Shown in pieces: positions 19,613 to 33,504 of a DNA stretch of 64,000 nucleotides. The position numbers were made by a program, and so were the translations under genes. Positions within the stretch are counted from its first letter, which is position 1, and the number at the start of each line of letters is the position of its first letter. The notes below the pieces were generated by a model. It ran no database searches. It saw only the letters and a list, made by a program, of their open reading frames with translations, and was not told the DNA's origin. The DNA comes from Acutalibacteraceae bacterium (GTDB lineage: Bacteria; Bacillota; Clostridia; Oscillospirales; Acutalibacteraceae), in contig JBJEQB010000006.1 in the NCBI GenBank assembly GCA_051881535.1, positions 2,514 to 66,513 of the forward strand. The letters run 5' to 3'.

Positions 19613-21358
19613 TTACATACTCTCGGGTACTGTAATTCTGAACATCGTTAACACATTGCTTAAAACGGTTTTAACGCAAAGGCAAAGGCTGAGCCTTGCC
19701 TGCATAAGCGCCTCATCGTCGCAGTTGACGCGGCAGGAATTATAGAACTTATGGAAAAGCGTTGCAAGGTCAACCGCATAGCGGGTTATCTTTGCGGGGT
19801 CATAGTTTCTGGCGGCGGCGATTATCTCGTCTGTCAGAGATGAGAGATGCTTTATCAGCTCTTTTTCTTCGGGAGCGGTCAGCAACGAAAGCTCGGGGAT
19901 TGAACATTCTCTCGGCTCCTTGCCCTCTGCGGCAAGCTTTTTGAGAATACTGCATATTCTTGCATGGGCGTATTGGCAGTAATAAACGGGGTTCTGAGAG
20001 CTTTGCTCAACGGCAAGGTCAAGGTCAAAATCCATCTGCGAGCCGGGCTCTCTCATATTAAAGAGGAAGCGAACCGCGTCAATGGGGATTTCTTCAAGCA
20101 AATCAACAAGAGTGATTGCCTTGCCCGAGCGTTTGCTCATGCGGACAACCTCTCCGTCCCGCGTGAGGCGGACGAGCTGCATAAGAATTATGTCAAGGTC
20201 ATCGCCGCTGCAACCGATAGCGTCAAGCGCGCCCTTCATTCTTGCCACATGACCGTGGTGGTCGGCTCCCCAAACATCGATTGCCTTTTCAAAGCCTCTT
20301 ATCTGGAGCTTATTGCGGTGATAGGCGATGTCGGCGGCAAAATAAGTGGGATTGCCGTTGGTTCTGATAAGAACCTCGTCTTTTAATTCAAGACGCTCGA
20401 TTTCTTCGGGCGTTTTGCCCTCTTTTGCAAGTCTTTCGCCGAGCACCTCTTTGTTTTTATACCACAGAGCACCGTCCTTTTCATAGGTCAGACCCTTGCT
20501 TTTCATAATCTCGATTGTCTCTTTCAGCTCGCCGTCATTGTGGAGCGTGCTTTCGAGAAACCAGGTGTCATATTCAATGCGGTATTTTGTGAGATTTTCT
20601 TTCATTGCGGCGATGTTTTTGGGCAGGGCGTAATCAACCAGAGCCTGTCTGCGCTCGCTTTCGGGAGCGTCAAGATATTTATCGCCGTTTATTTCGGCAA
20701 ATTCCTTTGCACGCTGGATTATATCCTCGCCGTGGTAGCTGTCCTCGGGCAGTTCAACGGCTTTTTCGCCCTTGAAGAGCTGCTGATATCTGATATCGAG
20801 CGAAAGACCGAATTTATCTATCTGATTGCCCGCATCGTTAACATAAAATTCGCGGCTGACATTGTAGCCCGCAAAATCCATAACGGCGGCAAGGCAGTCG
20901 CCGAGCGCACCGCCCCTTGCGTTGCCCATATGCATTGGGCCCGTGGGATTTGCGGAAACAAATTCGATATTGATTTTTTTGCCTGCGCCGTAGTTTGAGC
21001 GACCATAGTCCGCGCCTTTTTCGAGAATATCCTGAATTATGCAGGCGTTGAAGCTGTCTTTGAGATAGAAATTCATAAAGCCGGGACCTGCAATCTCGCA
21101 TCTGTCAAAAAATGTGTCTGAAAGAAAGAGCCTGTCGGCGATGGTCTGAGCAATTTTTCTCGGAGCGCATTTAAGGTCTCTTGCCCAAGCCATGGCGGCG
21201 TTTGACGAATAATCTCCGTTTTCTCTGTTGGCGGGAACCTCAATTATAAAATCGCTCAGGGGAGCGACGGGGAATTCACCGTCGGCAACGGCTCTGCCCG
21301 CGGCGTCCATTATGGCGGTGCGAAGCTCCGTGATTGCCTGCTTTACTAAAAGTGACAT
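19613..21358 (-). CDS. argS: Arginine--tRNA ligase
   Basis: EFVSANPTGPMHMGNARG, KMSK-like RMSKRSG, YYCQYAHARICS. Confidence 0.97.
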   Translation of the reverse strand: MSLLVKQAITELRTAIMDAAGRAVADGEFPVAPLSDFIIEVPANRENGDYSSNAAMAWARDLKCAPRKIAQTIADRLFLSDTFFDRCEIAGPGFMNFYLKDSFNACIIQDILEKGADYGRSNYGAGKKINIEFVSANPTGPMHMGNARGGALGDCLAAVMDFAGYNVSREFYVNDAGNQIDKFGLSLDIRYQQLFKGEKAVELPEDSYHGEDIIQRAKEFAEINGDKYLDAPESERRQALVDYALPKNIAAMKENLTKYRIEYDTWFLESTLHNDGELKETIEIMKSKGLTYEKDGALWYKNKEVLGERLAKEGKTPEEIERLELKDEVLIRTNGNPTYFAADIAYHRNKLQIRGFEKAIDVWGADHHGHVARMKGALDAIGCSGDDLDIILMQLVRLTRDGEVVRMSKRSGKAITLVDLLEEIPIDAVRFLFNMREPGSQMDFDLDLAVEQSSQNPVYYCQYAHARICSILKKLAAEGKEPRECSIPELSLLTAPEEKELIKHLSSLTDEIIAAARNYDPAKITRYAVDLATLFHKFYNSCRVNCDDEALMQARLSLCLCVKTVLSNVLTMFRITVPESM

Positions 21359-21360
21359 TT

Positions 21361-21783
21361 TTATTCCTCCTGTGCTTTAACGGTTACGGTCAGCTCGTTT
21401 TCGGAAGCCGGCTCGTTGTTAAAATCAATCGTATAAGCAAATTTAACGCAGCCGCCGTTTTCACCCAAGCTGTTTGAAATGCTTTTGGCGTAAATTCCCA
21501 TCATCAAATCTCCGTAAGGCGTGGAGTAATAGCAGGAATGGCGGCGCTCTTTTTCAAGTATCATTTCCGTGTTGTATTTGCCCGTGCGGGTCATCAGTAT
21601 TCTTTCTGAGCCTTCAATGCTGAGCGTAGTCAGGCAGTCGGCAAGCTCCTCGTCCGTTTCGTTATATTTGACGGTGAAGCCGCTTTCGGTCTGCTCAAAT
21701 TCGCCCGAGGTAGTCAGCTCGCATACATATTCCTCGCCGTCGGAAATGTGACGGTCGGTTATGTGAATAACAGCTTTTTTCAT
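21361..21783 (-). CDS. DUF1934-family protein
   Basis: YYSTPYGDLMMGI, ENGG.VKFAY; typical neighbour of argS. Confidence 0.75.
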   Translation of the reverse strand: MKKAVIHITDRHISDGEEYVCELTTSGEFEQTESGFTVKYNETDEELADCLTTLSIEGSERILMTRTGKYNTEMILEKERRHSCYYSTPYGDLMMGIYAKSISNSLGENGGCVKFAYTIDFNNEPASENELTVTVKAQEE

Positions 21784-21810
21784 ATCTTTCCTTTCGGTAA
21801 GTCCGTTTCC

Positions 21811-22875
21811 TTACTGATGCTTTTGAATTGCAAGCTCAATCAGCCTGTCAAGCAGCTCGGAATAGGGAATTCCCGAAGCGGCGAAAAGCTTGGGATACAT
21901 GCTGATTGAGGTGAAGCCGGGAATGGTGTTCGGCTCGTTGAGCATTATTGCGCCGTCGCTTGAGCGCACAAAAAAGTCAACTCGCGTAAGCCCCGAGCAA
22001 CCAAGAATTTTGTAAACCCTGACTGCCGTTTCACGAATGGAATTGAGAACCTCGTCGGACAGTCTGGCGGGGATTATAAGCTCGCTTTCGTTTGCAAGAT
22101 ATTTAGCCTCGTAATCGTAAAACTCGTTGCAGGGAACAACCTCGCCCACAACGGAGGCTATCGGCTCGTCGTTGCCCAAAACGGCACATTCAACTTCCAT
22201 GCCGATTATGCCTTCTTCAAGAACAAGCTTTTTATCGTGATCAAATGCCTTTTCACAGGCTTCTTCAAGCTCCGCAAGGCTTTTCGCCTTGCTTATGCCC
22301 ACGGAAGAGCCTGCGTTGGCGGGCTTTACGAATATCGGGAAGCCGAGCTTTTCCGCCGCGTTTTTGAGCAACGCTTCTTTATCGGCGGAATAGGCGTTTT
22401 TGTCAAAAGAAACCCATTTTGCCTGAGCAACGCCGCTGAGATCCATCATGGCGTTTGTTACCGCCTTATCCATGCAGACGGCGCTTGACGCCGTGTCGCA
22501 GCCCACATACGGAAGTCCTGCAATTTCAAGCAGACCCTGCATTGTACCGTCCTCTCCGTTTTTGCCGTGAAGAACGGGGAAAACCGCGTCGATTTTTTCA
22601 ATTTCGCCGTCCGTCAGGCGGATTATTCCGTGGTGGGAGCGGTCGCAGGAAATAACGGCGGGAATGAGATTTTTTTCGTCCCGAAGCCAATTTTCATCGG
22701 GCAGCATATCGGGCGAGCCCTTGTAAAGATAGAAACGCCCGTCTTTGGTTATTCCCATGGGTATAACCTCGTATTTATCGGCAGGAATGTTTTTTATAAC
22801 GGAGCAGGCGGAGGAAAGCGAAACCTCATGCTCGCTCGAAACGCCGCCGAAAAGAACAAGAACCTTTTTCTTCAT
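21811..22875 (-). CDS. ddl: D-alanine--D-alanine ligase
   Basis: FGGVSSEHEVS, LHGKNGEDG, GSSVG, YDYEAKY, NEPNTIPG. Confidence 0.96.
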   Translation of the reverse strand: MKKKVLVLFGGVSSEHEVSLSSACSVIKNIPADKYEVIPMGITKDGRFYLYKGSPDMLPDENWLRDEKNLIPAVISCDRSHHGIIRLTDGEIEKIDAVFPVLHGKNGEDGTMQGLLEIAGLPYVGCDTASSAVCMDKAVTNAMMDLSGVAQAKWVSFDKNAYSADKEALLKNAAEKLGFPIFVKPANAGSSVGISKAKSLAELEEACEKAFDHDKKLVLEEGIIGMEVECAVLGNDEPIASVVGEVVPCNEFYDYEAKYLANESELIIPARLSDEVLNSIRETAVRVYKILGCSGLTRVDFFVRSSDGAIMLNEPNTIPGFTSISMYPKLFAASGIPYSELLDRLIELAIQKHQ

Positions 22876-22945
22876 ATCAAAACCCTCCTTAAAACGGTTG
22901 AGGATAGCCGCTGCTCTCCCATTATAGTCTTTTTATGATTAAAAT

Positions 22946-22974
22946 ATGATATCACAGCCTTGCGGATTAGTCAA
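22946..22974 (-). promoter_or_regulatory. SigA promoter of ddl-DUF1934-argS
   Basis: TTGACT, 17 nt, TG-extended TATCAT. Confidence 0.65.
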
Positions 22975-23118
22975 CCGATAATCACGGCAAATGGCAAAAA
23001 ATATTATTATATTTTATTATATATTTATAACTATATTGATAAATAAGAACAAAAATAATAATAATATATGTTATAATAAGCTATAATTTAACTTAAAGAC
23101 ACACAAAGGAGATTTGTT

Positions 23119-26005
<2,887 letters not shown>

Positions 26006-26019
26006 GGAGGTGGGAAAGA

Positions 26020-28548
26020 ATGGCTCATAACAGAGATTATAAACCGGAAGACATACTTTTTCCGGATCAGTTAATTACTACATCTGACATTGTACCCGAG
26101 ATGAAAGCAGCAATGCTTGACTATGCAATGTCGGTTATCGTTGACCGTGCTCTCCCCGATGTTCGTGACGGACTTAAACCCGTTCACCGTCGTATCCTCT
26201 ACACGATGTATGAAGATAATCTGACCTCGGACAAGCCTTTCAAAAAGTCAGCAACCTGTGTCGGTGATGTTCTCGGTAAATACCATCCTCACGGCGACAC
26301 ATCGGTATATGACGCAATGGTCAGACTTGCCCAAAACTTCTCAATGAGATATATGCTCGTTGACGGTCACGGCAACTTCGGTTCGGTTGACGGCGACCCC
26401 CCTGCGGCATACCGTTACACAGAGGCAAGGCTCAGCAAAATCAGCAACAAAATGCTTGAAGATATTGACAAGGATACGGTTGATTGGGGTCCCAACTTTG
26501 ATGAAAGCCGCAAAGAGCCCAGATCCCTGCCTTCAAGATTTCCCAACCTTCTTGTAAATGGCTCTCAGGGTATTGCCGTCGGTATGACTACAAGTATTCC
26601 TCCCCATAATCTCGGCGAGGTTATTGACGCCTGCGTTTGCGTGCTTGAAAACAGCGAGGCAACGCTTGATGACCTTATGCAGCATATTCACGGCCCCGAT
26701 TTCCCGACAAAGGGCATTATCATGGGCAGATACGGTATCAGACAGGCTTATGAAACCGGCAGGGGCAAAGTAGTTGTCAGAGCAAAGACGGAATTTGAAG
26801 AATACGGAAGAGATAACAGAACAAGAATTATTGTCACGGAGCTTCCTTATCTCATTAAGAAGCGCGCTCTTATCAAGAAGATTGCAGAGCAGGTCAGAGA
26901 TAAGCGTATTGAAGGCATTTCCGACCTTCGTGACGAAACAGACAGAAACGGAATGAGAATCGTTATTGAGCTTAAGCGTGATGCCAATGCTCAGGTTGTT
27001 CTCAACAAGCTTTTCAGCCAGACTGAAATGCAGTCAACATTCAGCATCATTATGCGTGCTCTTGTTGATGACGGCAAACAGCCCAAAATTCTCACACTCC
27101 GCAACTATATCGACGAATACCTTGCATACCAGAAGCAGGTTGTCCGCAGAAGAACACAGTTTGATTTGAAGAAGGCTCTTGAAAGAGCTCACCTGCTCGA
27201 AGGTCTTATCATAGCTCAGGATAATATCGACGAAGTAATCCATATTATCCGCACAAGCTATGATGATGCAAAGGTAAGGCTTATGGAACGCTTCGGTCTT
27301 GATGATGTTCAGGCTCAGGCAATCCTTGATATGAGGCTCAAAGCTCTTCAGGGACTTGACAGAGAAAAGCTCGTTGAAGAATTCAAAGCGCTTGAAGAAA
27401 GAATTGCTTATTACCGTGAGCTTCTTGCCGATGAAATCAAGCTCAACGGCGTTCTCAGAGATGAGCTTGTTGCCATCAGGGATAAATTCGCCGATGAAAG
27501 AAAAACCGAGATTCAGGATGTCAGCGGCGAAGTTGACCTTGAAGACCTTATTCCTCAGCATGACTGTGTTCTTGCTCTTACCGATATGGGTTACATCAAA
27601 CGCACGCCCGTAGCGGAATACAAGCAGCAGAGCAGAGGCGGCAAGGGCGTTGTGGGTCTTAAACAGAGGGAAGAGGACAATGTAAAAACTCTCTTTACCT
27701 GCTCCACCCACGATTATATTATGCTCTTTACCAACTTCGGTCGTGTTTACAGAATAAAAGGCTATAATGTTCCCGAGGGCTCCCGTCAGAGCAAGGGTAC
27801 AAATGTTGTAAACGTACTTCAGCTTCTTCCCGAAGAAAAGGTTACCGCGATGATTAAGGTTCCCGACTTCGGTCAGGAAGAAACATCATATCTTTCAATG
27901 GTCACAAAGAACGGTATTATCAAGCGTACCGAGCTTGATACATACAAGAATATCCGCAAAACCGGCGTTATAGCAATCAATCTTGATGAGGGCGATGAAC
28001 TCGGCTGGGTTAAGCTTACCGACGGCAAGGCCAATATCATTGTTGCTACCAAGAAGGGTATGAGCATTTCGTTCAACGAAGAAGATGCAAGGGTTATCGG
28101 CAGAACAGCAAGAGGCGTGCGCGCGATTAAGCTCAGAGAGGGCGATTGCGTTGTCGGCATGGATGTCCTCAGAGAGGACAGAATGGTTCTCACCGTCAGC
28201 GAAACAGGCTACGGCAGACTCAGCCCCATCGGAGATTACAGACCTCAGAACAGAGGCGGCTACGGTCTTACAAACTACCATGTCAGAAAGTTTGGCGACA
28301 TTGCCGCAATCGAGGTTGTTGACCCTGCAAACGACCTTATGCTCATTTCTTCCGACGGCATTATCATCAGAATTCCCATGGATACCATCCGTGTTTGTGC
28401 AAGACCTTCAAAGGGCGTGCGCGTGATGAGGGTCAACGAGGGCGAGAAGCTGATTGCCGCCGTTTCGGTTGAGCGAAACGAGGATGAACCCGAAATTCAA
28501 GAGCCCGAAACTCAGGATATCGGAGCAGAAACCCCGGAAGAAGAATAA
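26020..28548 (+). CDS. gyrA: DNA gyrase subunit A
   Basis: [25 protein letters not shown]; GyrA-box QSRGGKG; acidic tail. Confidence 0.95.
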   Translation: MAHNRDYKPEDILFPDQLITTSDIVPEMKAAMLDYAMSVIVDRALPDVRDGLKPVHRRILYTMYEDNLTSDKPFKKSATCVGDVLGKYHPHGDTSVYDAMVRLAQNFSMRYMLVDGHGNFGSVDGDPPAAYRYTEARLSKISNKMLEDIDKDTVDWGPNFDESRKEPRSLPSRFPNLLVNGSQGIAVGMTTSIPPHNLGEVIDACVCVLENSEATLDDLMQHIHGPDFPTKGIIMGRYGIRQAYETGRGKVVVRAKTEFEEYGRDNRTRIIVTELPYLIKKRALIKKIAEQVRDKRIEGISDLRDETDRNGMRIVIELKRDANAQVVLNKLFSQTEMQSTFSIIMRALVDDGKQPKILTLRNYIDEYLAYQKQVVRRRTQFDLKKALERAHLLEGLIIAQDNIDEVIHIIRTSYDDAKVRLMERFGLDDVQAQAILDMRLKALQGLDREKLVEEFKALEERIAYYRELLADEIKLNGVLRDELVAIRDKFADERKTEIQDVSGEVDLEDLIPQHDCVLALTDMGYIKRTPVAEYKQQSRGGKGVVGLKQREEDNVKTLFTCSTHDYIMLFTNFGRVYRIKGYNVPEGSRQSKGTNVVNVLQLLPEEKVTAMIKVPDFGQEETSYLSMVTKNGIIKRTELDTYKNIRKTGVIAINLDEGDELGWVKLTDGKANIIVATKKGMSISFNEEDARVIGRTARGVRAIKLREGDCVVGMDVLREDRMVLTVSETGYGRLSPIGDYRPQNRGGYGLTNYHVRKFGDIAAIEVVDPANDLMLISSDGIIIRIPMDTIRVCARPSKGVRVMRVNEGEKLIAAVSVERNEDEPEIQEPETQDIGAETPEEE

Positions 28549-28574
28549 ATTTGCAAAAAAATTTATATAACTAC

Positions 28575-28603
28575 TTGTCAGATGTTGATATATTTGATAT
28601 TAT
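28575..28603 (+). promoter_or_regulatory. Putative SigA promoter of mgsA
   Basis: TTGTCA, 17 nt, TATTAT. Confidence 0.5.
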
Positions 28604-28624
28604 AACTTAGAAAGAGAGGGGGAA

Positions 28625-29041
28625 ATGCCGATGAATATTGCTCTTATTGCTCATGACGCAAAAAAAGAGTTGATGACTCAGTTCTGCATCGCTTACTGCG
28701 GAATTCTGAGCAGACACAATCTTTTTGCTACGGGCACCACCGGCAAAATGGTTGCAGAAGCTACCGGTCTTGAAATAACGAGATTTCTCAGCGGCTCTCA
28801 GGGAGGCGATCAGCAGATAGCTTCGAGCATCGCCTGCAACGAAATAGATCTCCTGTTGATTTTCCGCGATCCCTTAACCGCAAAGCCCCACGAGCCTAAC
28901 GAAGCAACGCTTCTCAGGCTGTGCGATGTGCACAACATTCCCGTTGCCACAAACATTGCAACTGCGGAGGCTCTTATTCATTCACTTGCCAGAGGCGATT
29001 TGGATTGGCGCGATATCGTTAATCCAAAACATAAGGTCTGA
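28625..29041 (+). CDS. mgsA: Methylglyoxal synthase
   Basis: IALIAHD.KK, ATGTTG, GGDQQI, RDPL..KPHEP, VATN.ATAE. Confidence 0.95.
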   Translation: MPMNIALIAHDAKKELMTQFCIAYCGILSRHNLFATGTTGKMVAEATGLEITRFLSGSQGGDQQIASSIACNEIDLLLIFRDPLTAKPHEPNEATLLRLCDVHNIPVATNIATAEALIHSLARGDLDWRDIVNPKHKV

Positions 29042-29082
29042 CCTTTGTGTGACGCTCCTCGCGGCAGAAATGCAAAATTCTG

Positions 29083-29118
29083 AGGGGGTCGTCTGATTTA
29101 AGACGGCCCTTTGATTTT
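29083..29118 (+). terminator. Terminator-like hairpin between mgsA and hisS
   Basis: About 12-bp stem AGGGGGTCGTCT / AGACGGCCCTTT (with G-U pairs) followed by GATTTT. Confidence 0.55.
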
Positions 29119-29145
29119 ATCCGAAAAGGAAAAAGGAAGATAAAG

Positions 29146-30498
29146 ATGGCTATTGTTACCAAAGCCGTAAAGGGCACTCAGGATATACTGCCCTCTGAGG
29201 TTTATAAAAATCAGTTTTTAGAGCAGACAATGCTTGATATCGCGGGCAAATTCGGCTTCCGCGAAATCAGAACGCCCGTTTTTGAGCACACCGAGCTTTT
29301 TCAGCGCGGCGTGGGCGAAACCACGGATGTTGTGCAGAAAGAGATGTATACCTTTGACGATAAGGGCGGCAGGTCGATAACTCTGCGCCCCGAGGGAACA
29401 GCGGGCGCCGCAAGAGCTTTTCTTGAGCACGGCCTTTTCAACGAGGCTCTGCCGCAGAAATTCTGCTATGTGCTTAACTGCTACCGTTACGAAAAGCCGC
29501 AGGCGGGCAGATGGAGAGAGTTTCAGCAGTTCGGCGTTGAAATGCTCGGAGCCGCCGCACCCGCTGCCGATGCGGAAATAATTTCACTTGCAAATGAAAT
29601 TTTCGCTTTTCTCGGCGTTGAGGGCTTGCAGCTTGAAATCAATTCAATCGGCTGCCCCGAATGTCGCAAAAATTATCACAAGGCGCTCAGAGAATATTTT
29701 GAGGCGAGAAAAGACGAGCTTTGCCCCACCTGCCTCGGCAGGCTTGAAAAGAATCCCATGAGAATTCTTGACTGCAAAAGCCCCGTCTGCAAAGAAATCG
29801 CAAAGGACGCTCCCGCAATAATCGATTATATCTGCGAGGATTGCTCCGCGCATTTTGAGAGCGTTAAAAAATATCTCGACAAAATGAATATTGAATATGT
29901 TGTCAATCCGCGCATTGTCCGCGGGCTTGACTATTATACACGCACCGTTTTTGAGTTCGTTTCTACCGAAATCGGCGCGCAGGGAACGGTCTGCGGCGGC
30001 GGACGCTATGACGGGCTTCTTGAAGAGCTCGGCGGACCGCACACTCCGTCGCTCGGCTTTGCCATGGGCACGGGCAGACTGCTTATGCTTATGCAGGCTC
30101 AGGGCATTGAGCTGCCGAAGCCCAACGGCTGCGATATTTACATCGCTCCCATGGGTGAGCAGGCGTCATATGAAGCGGCGGCGCTCACCGCCGACCTCAG
30201 AGCGGGCGGAGTAAGCGCTCAGACGGATGTTGTGGGGCGTTCTCTTAAAGCTCAGATGAAATATGCCGATAAAATTGGTGCAAAATACACCGCAGTTCTC
30301 GGCGATGATGAGATTGCCGCAGGAATTCTGAAAGTTAAGAATATGGATTCGGGCGAAACAAAGGAGCTTGCCGTTTCGGATTTTGCGGACAGCTTTATGG
30401 AGTTTATGCTCAGAGAGGAGACGGAGGCTTTGGGAGAGTCGCTCGGCGGAGAGCTTGACGGAGTTGACCTCTCGGCGATATTAGGCGATATCAAATAA
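29146..30498 (+). CDS. hisS: Histidine--tRNA ligase
   Basis: TPVFEHTELF, LRPEGTA, RYEKPQAGRWREF, RGLDYY, GGGRYD. Confidence 0.97.
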   Translation: MAIVTKAVKGTQDILPSEVYKNQFLEQTMLDIAGKFGFREIRTPVFEHTELFQRGVGETTDVVQKEMYTFDDKGGRSITLRPEGTAGAARAFLEHGLFNEALPQKFCYVLNCYRYEKPQAGRWREFQQFGVEMLGAAAPAADAEIISLANEIFAFLGVEGLQLEINSIGCPECRKNYHKALREYFEARKDELCPTCLGRLEKNPMRILDCKSPVCKEIAKDAPAIIDYICEDCSAHFESVKKYLDKMNIEYVVNPRIVRGLDYYTRTVFEFVSTEIGAQGTVCGGGRYDGLLEELGGPHTPSLGFAMGTGRLLMLMQAQGIELPKPNGCDIYIAPMGEQASYEAAALTADLRAGGVSAQTDVVGRSLKAQMKYADKIGAKYTAVLGDDEIAAGILKVKNMDSGETKELAVSDFADSFMEFMLREETEALGESLGGELDGVDLSAILGDIK

Positions 30499-30524
30499 AC
30501 TATATATAAAAGGACAGAACAAAA

Positions 30525-32312
30525 ATGGATTTTATGACGGGACTTAAAAGAACACATTACTGCGGCGAGCTTCGCCTTGCAAATGCAGGCGAAACGGTAA
30601 CCGTTGCAGGCTGGGTTCAGCGTCAGAGAGACCTCGGTGCGCTGATTTTTGTTGACCTGAGAGACAGAGAGGGTATAGTTCAGCTTGCTTTTGACGAATC
30701 CACACCCAAGGAGATTTTTGACAAGGCGGCGGGCGTCAGAAGCGAATATGTGCTTATGGCTCAGGGCGTTGTCAGAGAGCGTTCCTCAAAGAATAACGAA
30801 ATTCCCACGGGCGAAATCGAAATCGAGGTTACGGATTTGCGGGTTCTCGCAAAGAGCGAAACTCCGCCCTTTGAAATAGTTGAGGATTGCCAGACGGCGG
30901 AGCTTACAAGGCTTAAATACCGCTATCTTGACCTTCGCAGACCCGATTTGCAGAAAAATATTCTGCTTCGCCACAAGATAACAAAAATAACGAGAGACTA
31001 TTTTGATGAAAACGGCTTTATCGAAATAGAAACTCCCATTCTTATCAGATCCACTCCCGAGGGCGCAAGAGACTATCTTGTTCCGAGCCGCGTTCACAAG
31101 GGCAAATTCTACGCTCTGCCGCAGTCGCCCCAGCTTTATAAGCAGCTTTCAATGGTTGCGGGCTTTGACAGATATATGCAGATTGCCCGTTGCTTCCGCG
31201 ACGAGGATTTGAGAGCCGACCGCCAGCCCGAGTTTACTCAGATTGACCTTGAAATGTCGTTTGTAGATATGGAGGATGTCCTTAAAATCGGCGAGGGATA
31301 TATGGAAAGAGTTTTCCGCGAGGCTCTCGGCGTTGAAATTCAGCTTCCGCTCCCGAGGCTTACTTATAAAGAAGCGATGGAGCGCTACGGCAGCGACAAG
31401 CCCGATACCCGCTACGGTATGGAAATCTATGATTTGAGCGAAACCGTCAAGGATTGCGGCTTCGGCGTTTTCACGGGTGCGCTTGAAGCGGGCGGAAGTG
31501 TGCGCGGAATAACCGCTAAAAATGCGGTAGCCGTGCTCACAAGAAAAGAGATAGACAAGCTCACCGAAATGGTCAGAGGAATTGGTGCAAAGGGTCTTGC
31601 ATGGATAAGGCTCAATGAGGACGGCAGTATGGCTTCGTCATTCGCAAAGTTTATGACCGACGGCGAGATGGCGGCAATCCTTGAAAAGGCAGACGCAAAA
31701 GCGGGCGATGTGGTGCTGATTATCGGCGACGGCAAAAATTCAACCGTGCTTTCGGTTCTCGGCGCTCTGCGTCAGGCGGTTGCAAAGAAGCTTGATATCA
31801 TTCCCGAGGGCAAATATAATCTGCTCTGGATAACCGAATTCCCGTTCTTTGATTGGGACGAGGAAACTCAGCAGTTTGTTGCAATGCATCATCCGTTCAC
31901 CGCTCCCATGGACGAGTGCCTTGAATACCTTGAAACCGACAAGGCGGCGGTCAGAGCAAAGGCGTATGACCTTGTGCTCAACGGCATTGAGCTTTGCTCA
32001 GGCTCTATCAGAATAACCAATCCCGAGCTTCAGGCGCGCATTTTCTCCCTGCTCGGCTTGAGCGACGAGGAAGCGCACAGCAAATTCGGCTATCTGCTTG
32101 ACGCTTTCAAATACGGCGCTCCGCCCCACGGCGGCATGGGCATCGGGCTTGACAGGCTTGTTATGCAGATGCTCGGCTGCGATTCTCTGCGTGATGTTAT
32201 CGCTTATCCCAAGGTTCAGAATGCGAGCGAGCCGATGACCGAATGTCCCGCGCAGGTTGATGAAATTCAGCTCAAGGAGCTGGGCATAACCGATATGGTT
32301 AATGAGGACTGA
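30525..32312 (+). CDS. aspS: Aspartate--tRNA ligase
   Basis: STPEGARDYLVP, LPQSPQLYKQL, RDEDLRADRQPEF, GAPPHGG. Confidence 0.97.
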   Translation: MDFMTGLKRTHYCGELRLANAGETVTVAGWVQRQRDLGALIFVDLRDREGIVQLAFDESTPKEIFDKAAGVRSEYVLMAQGVVRERSSKNNEIPTGEIEIEVTDLRVLAKSETPPFEIVEDCQTAELTRLKYRYLDLRRPDLQKNILLRHKITKITRDYFDENGFIEIETPILIRSTPEGARDYLVPSRVHKGKFYALPQSPQLYKQLSMVAGFDRYMQIARCFRDEDLRADRQPEFTQIDLEMSFVDMEDVLKIGEGYMERVFREALGVEIQLPLPRLTYKEAMERYGSDKPDTRYGMEIYDLSETVKDCGFGVFTGALEAGGSVRGITAKNAVAVLTRKEIDKLTEMVRGIGAKGLAWIRLNEDGSMASSFAKFMTDGEMAAILEKADAKAGDVVLIIGDGKNSTVLSVLGALRQAVAKKLDIIPEGKYNLLWITEFPFFDWDEETQQFVAMHHPFTAPMDECLEYLETDKAAVRAKAYDLVLNGIELCSGSIRITNPELQARIFSLLGLSDEEAHSKFGYLLDAFKYGAPPHGGMGIGLDRLVMQMLGCDSLRDVIAYPKVQNASEPMTECPAQVDEIQLKELGITDMVNED

Positions 32313-32399
32313 CGGGCTTTCACCTGCGGGTGAGCCTTACATAGCATATAGTTAGGAACAATTTTTAAATAATAATTTCCACAGAAAGGATTTTCTATT

Positions 32400-33479
32400 A
32401 TGGCAAGAGTTTATAATTTTTCGGCAGGTCCTTCAATGCTCCCCGAGAGCGTGCTTAACAGAGCTGCGGCGGAGATGCTCGACTATAAAGGCAGCGGTCA
32501 GTCCGTTCTTGAAATGAGCCACCGCTCAAAAATTTACGAAGAAATCATTTTCGGCGCATTCGGGCTTTTCAGAGAAGTAATGAATATCCCCGACAACTAT
32601 AAAATCATTTTCTGCCAGGGCGGAGCTTCAACTCAGTTTGCGGCTATTCCCCTTAATTTCCTTAACGGAAGCGGCAAGGCGGACTATGTTCTCTCAGGTC
32701 AGTTTTCAACAAAGGCTTATAAAGAAGCGCAGAAATACGGCGATATAAAGGTTGTTGCTTCCTCAAAGGAGCAGAATTTCTCCTGTATTCCCGAGCTTGA
32801 CAAGAGCAACTTCACTCCCGATGCGGATTATTTCTATATCTGCCAGAACAACACGATTTACGGCACGCGCTTTGCAACTCTGCCCGACACAGGCTCCGTT
32901 CCCCTTATTGCCGATGTTTCGTCCTGCTTCCTTTCGGAGCCGATGGATGTTTCAAAATACGGCGTAATCTACGGCGGCGCGCAGAAAAATGTTGCTCCCG
33001 CAGGTCTGACAGTCGTTATCGTCAGAGAAGATTTGCTCGGCAAGGCAAGGGATTACACACCCACCATGCTTGACTATAAGGTTCTCGCGGATAACGATTC
33101 AATGTATAACACACCGCCCTGCTACTCGATTTATATGTGCAAGCTTGTTCTTGAGTGGATTAAGAACCTCGGCGGACTTGAAGCAATGAAGCTCCACAAC
33201 GAGAAAAAGGCTTCAATTCTCTATGATTTCCTTGATAACAGCAAGATGTTCAGCAATCCCGTCAAGAAGAGCGACCGCTCGATGATGAATGTTACATTTG
33301 TAACGGAGAGTGACGAGCTTAACGCAAAATTCGTTAAGGAAGCCGCTGAAGCGGGCTTTGTTAACCTTAAAGGTCACCGCTCTGTCGGCGGTATGAGAGC
33401 TTCGATTTATAACGCTATGCCCATTGAGGGTGTTGAGAAGCTCGTTGACTTTATGACCGAGTTTGAAAAGAAAAACTGA
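32400..33479 (+). CDS. serC: 3-phosphoserine aminotransferase
   Basis: NFSAGPSMLP, EMSHRS, GGAQKN, GHRSVGGMRASIYNA. Confidence 0.96.
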   Translation: MARVYNFSAGPSMLPESVLNRAAAEMLDYKGSGQSVLEMSHRSKIYEEIIFGAFGLFREVMNIPDNYKIIFCQGGASTQFAAIPLNFLNGSGKADYVLSGQFSTKAYKEAQKYGDIKVVASSKEQNFSCIPELDKSNFTPDADYFYICQNNTIYGTRFATLPDTGSVPLIADVSSCFLSEPMDVSKYGVIYGGAQKNVAPAGLTVVIVREDLLGKARDYTPTMLDYKVLADNDSMYNTPPCYSIYMCKLVLEWIKNLGGLEAMKLHNEKKASILYDFLDNSKMFSNPVKKSDRSMMNVTFVTESDELNAKFVKEAAEAGFVNLKGHRSVGGMRASIYNAMPIEGVEKLVDFMTEFEKKN

Positions 33480-33504
33480 CCCCTGACTGAAAGGAAAGAC
33501 AGCT

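Noticed and set aside
21811-22875. Van-type or D-Ala-D-Lac ligase
   Set aside because: The omega loop reads YDYEAKY (Tyr), typical of D-Ala-D-Ala ligases; no vanH/X/R/S genes nearby.
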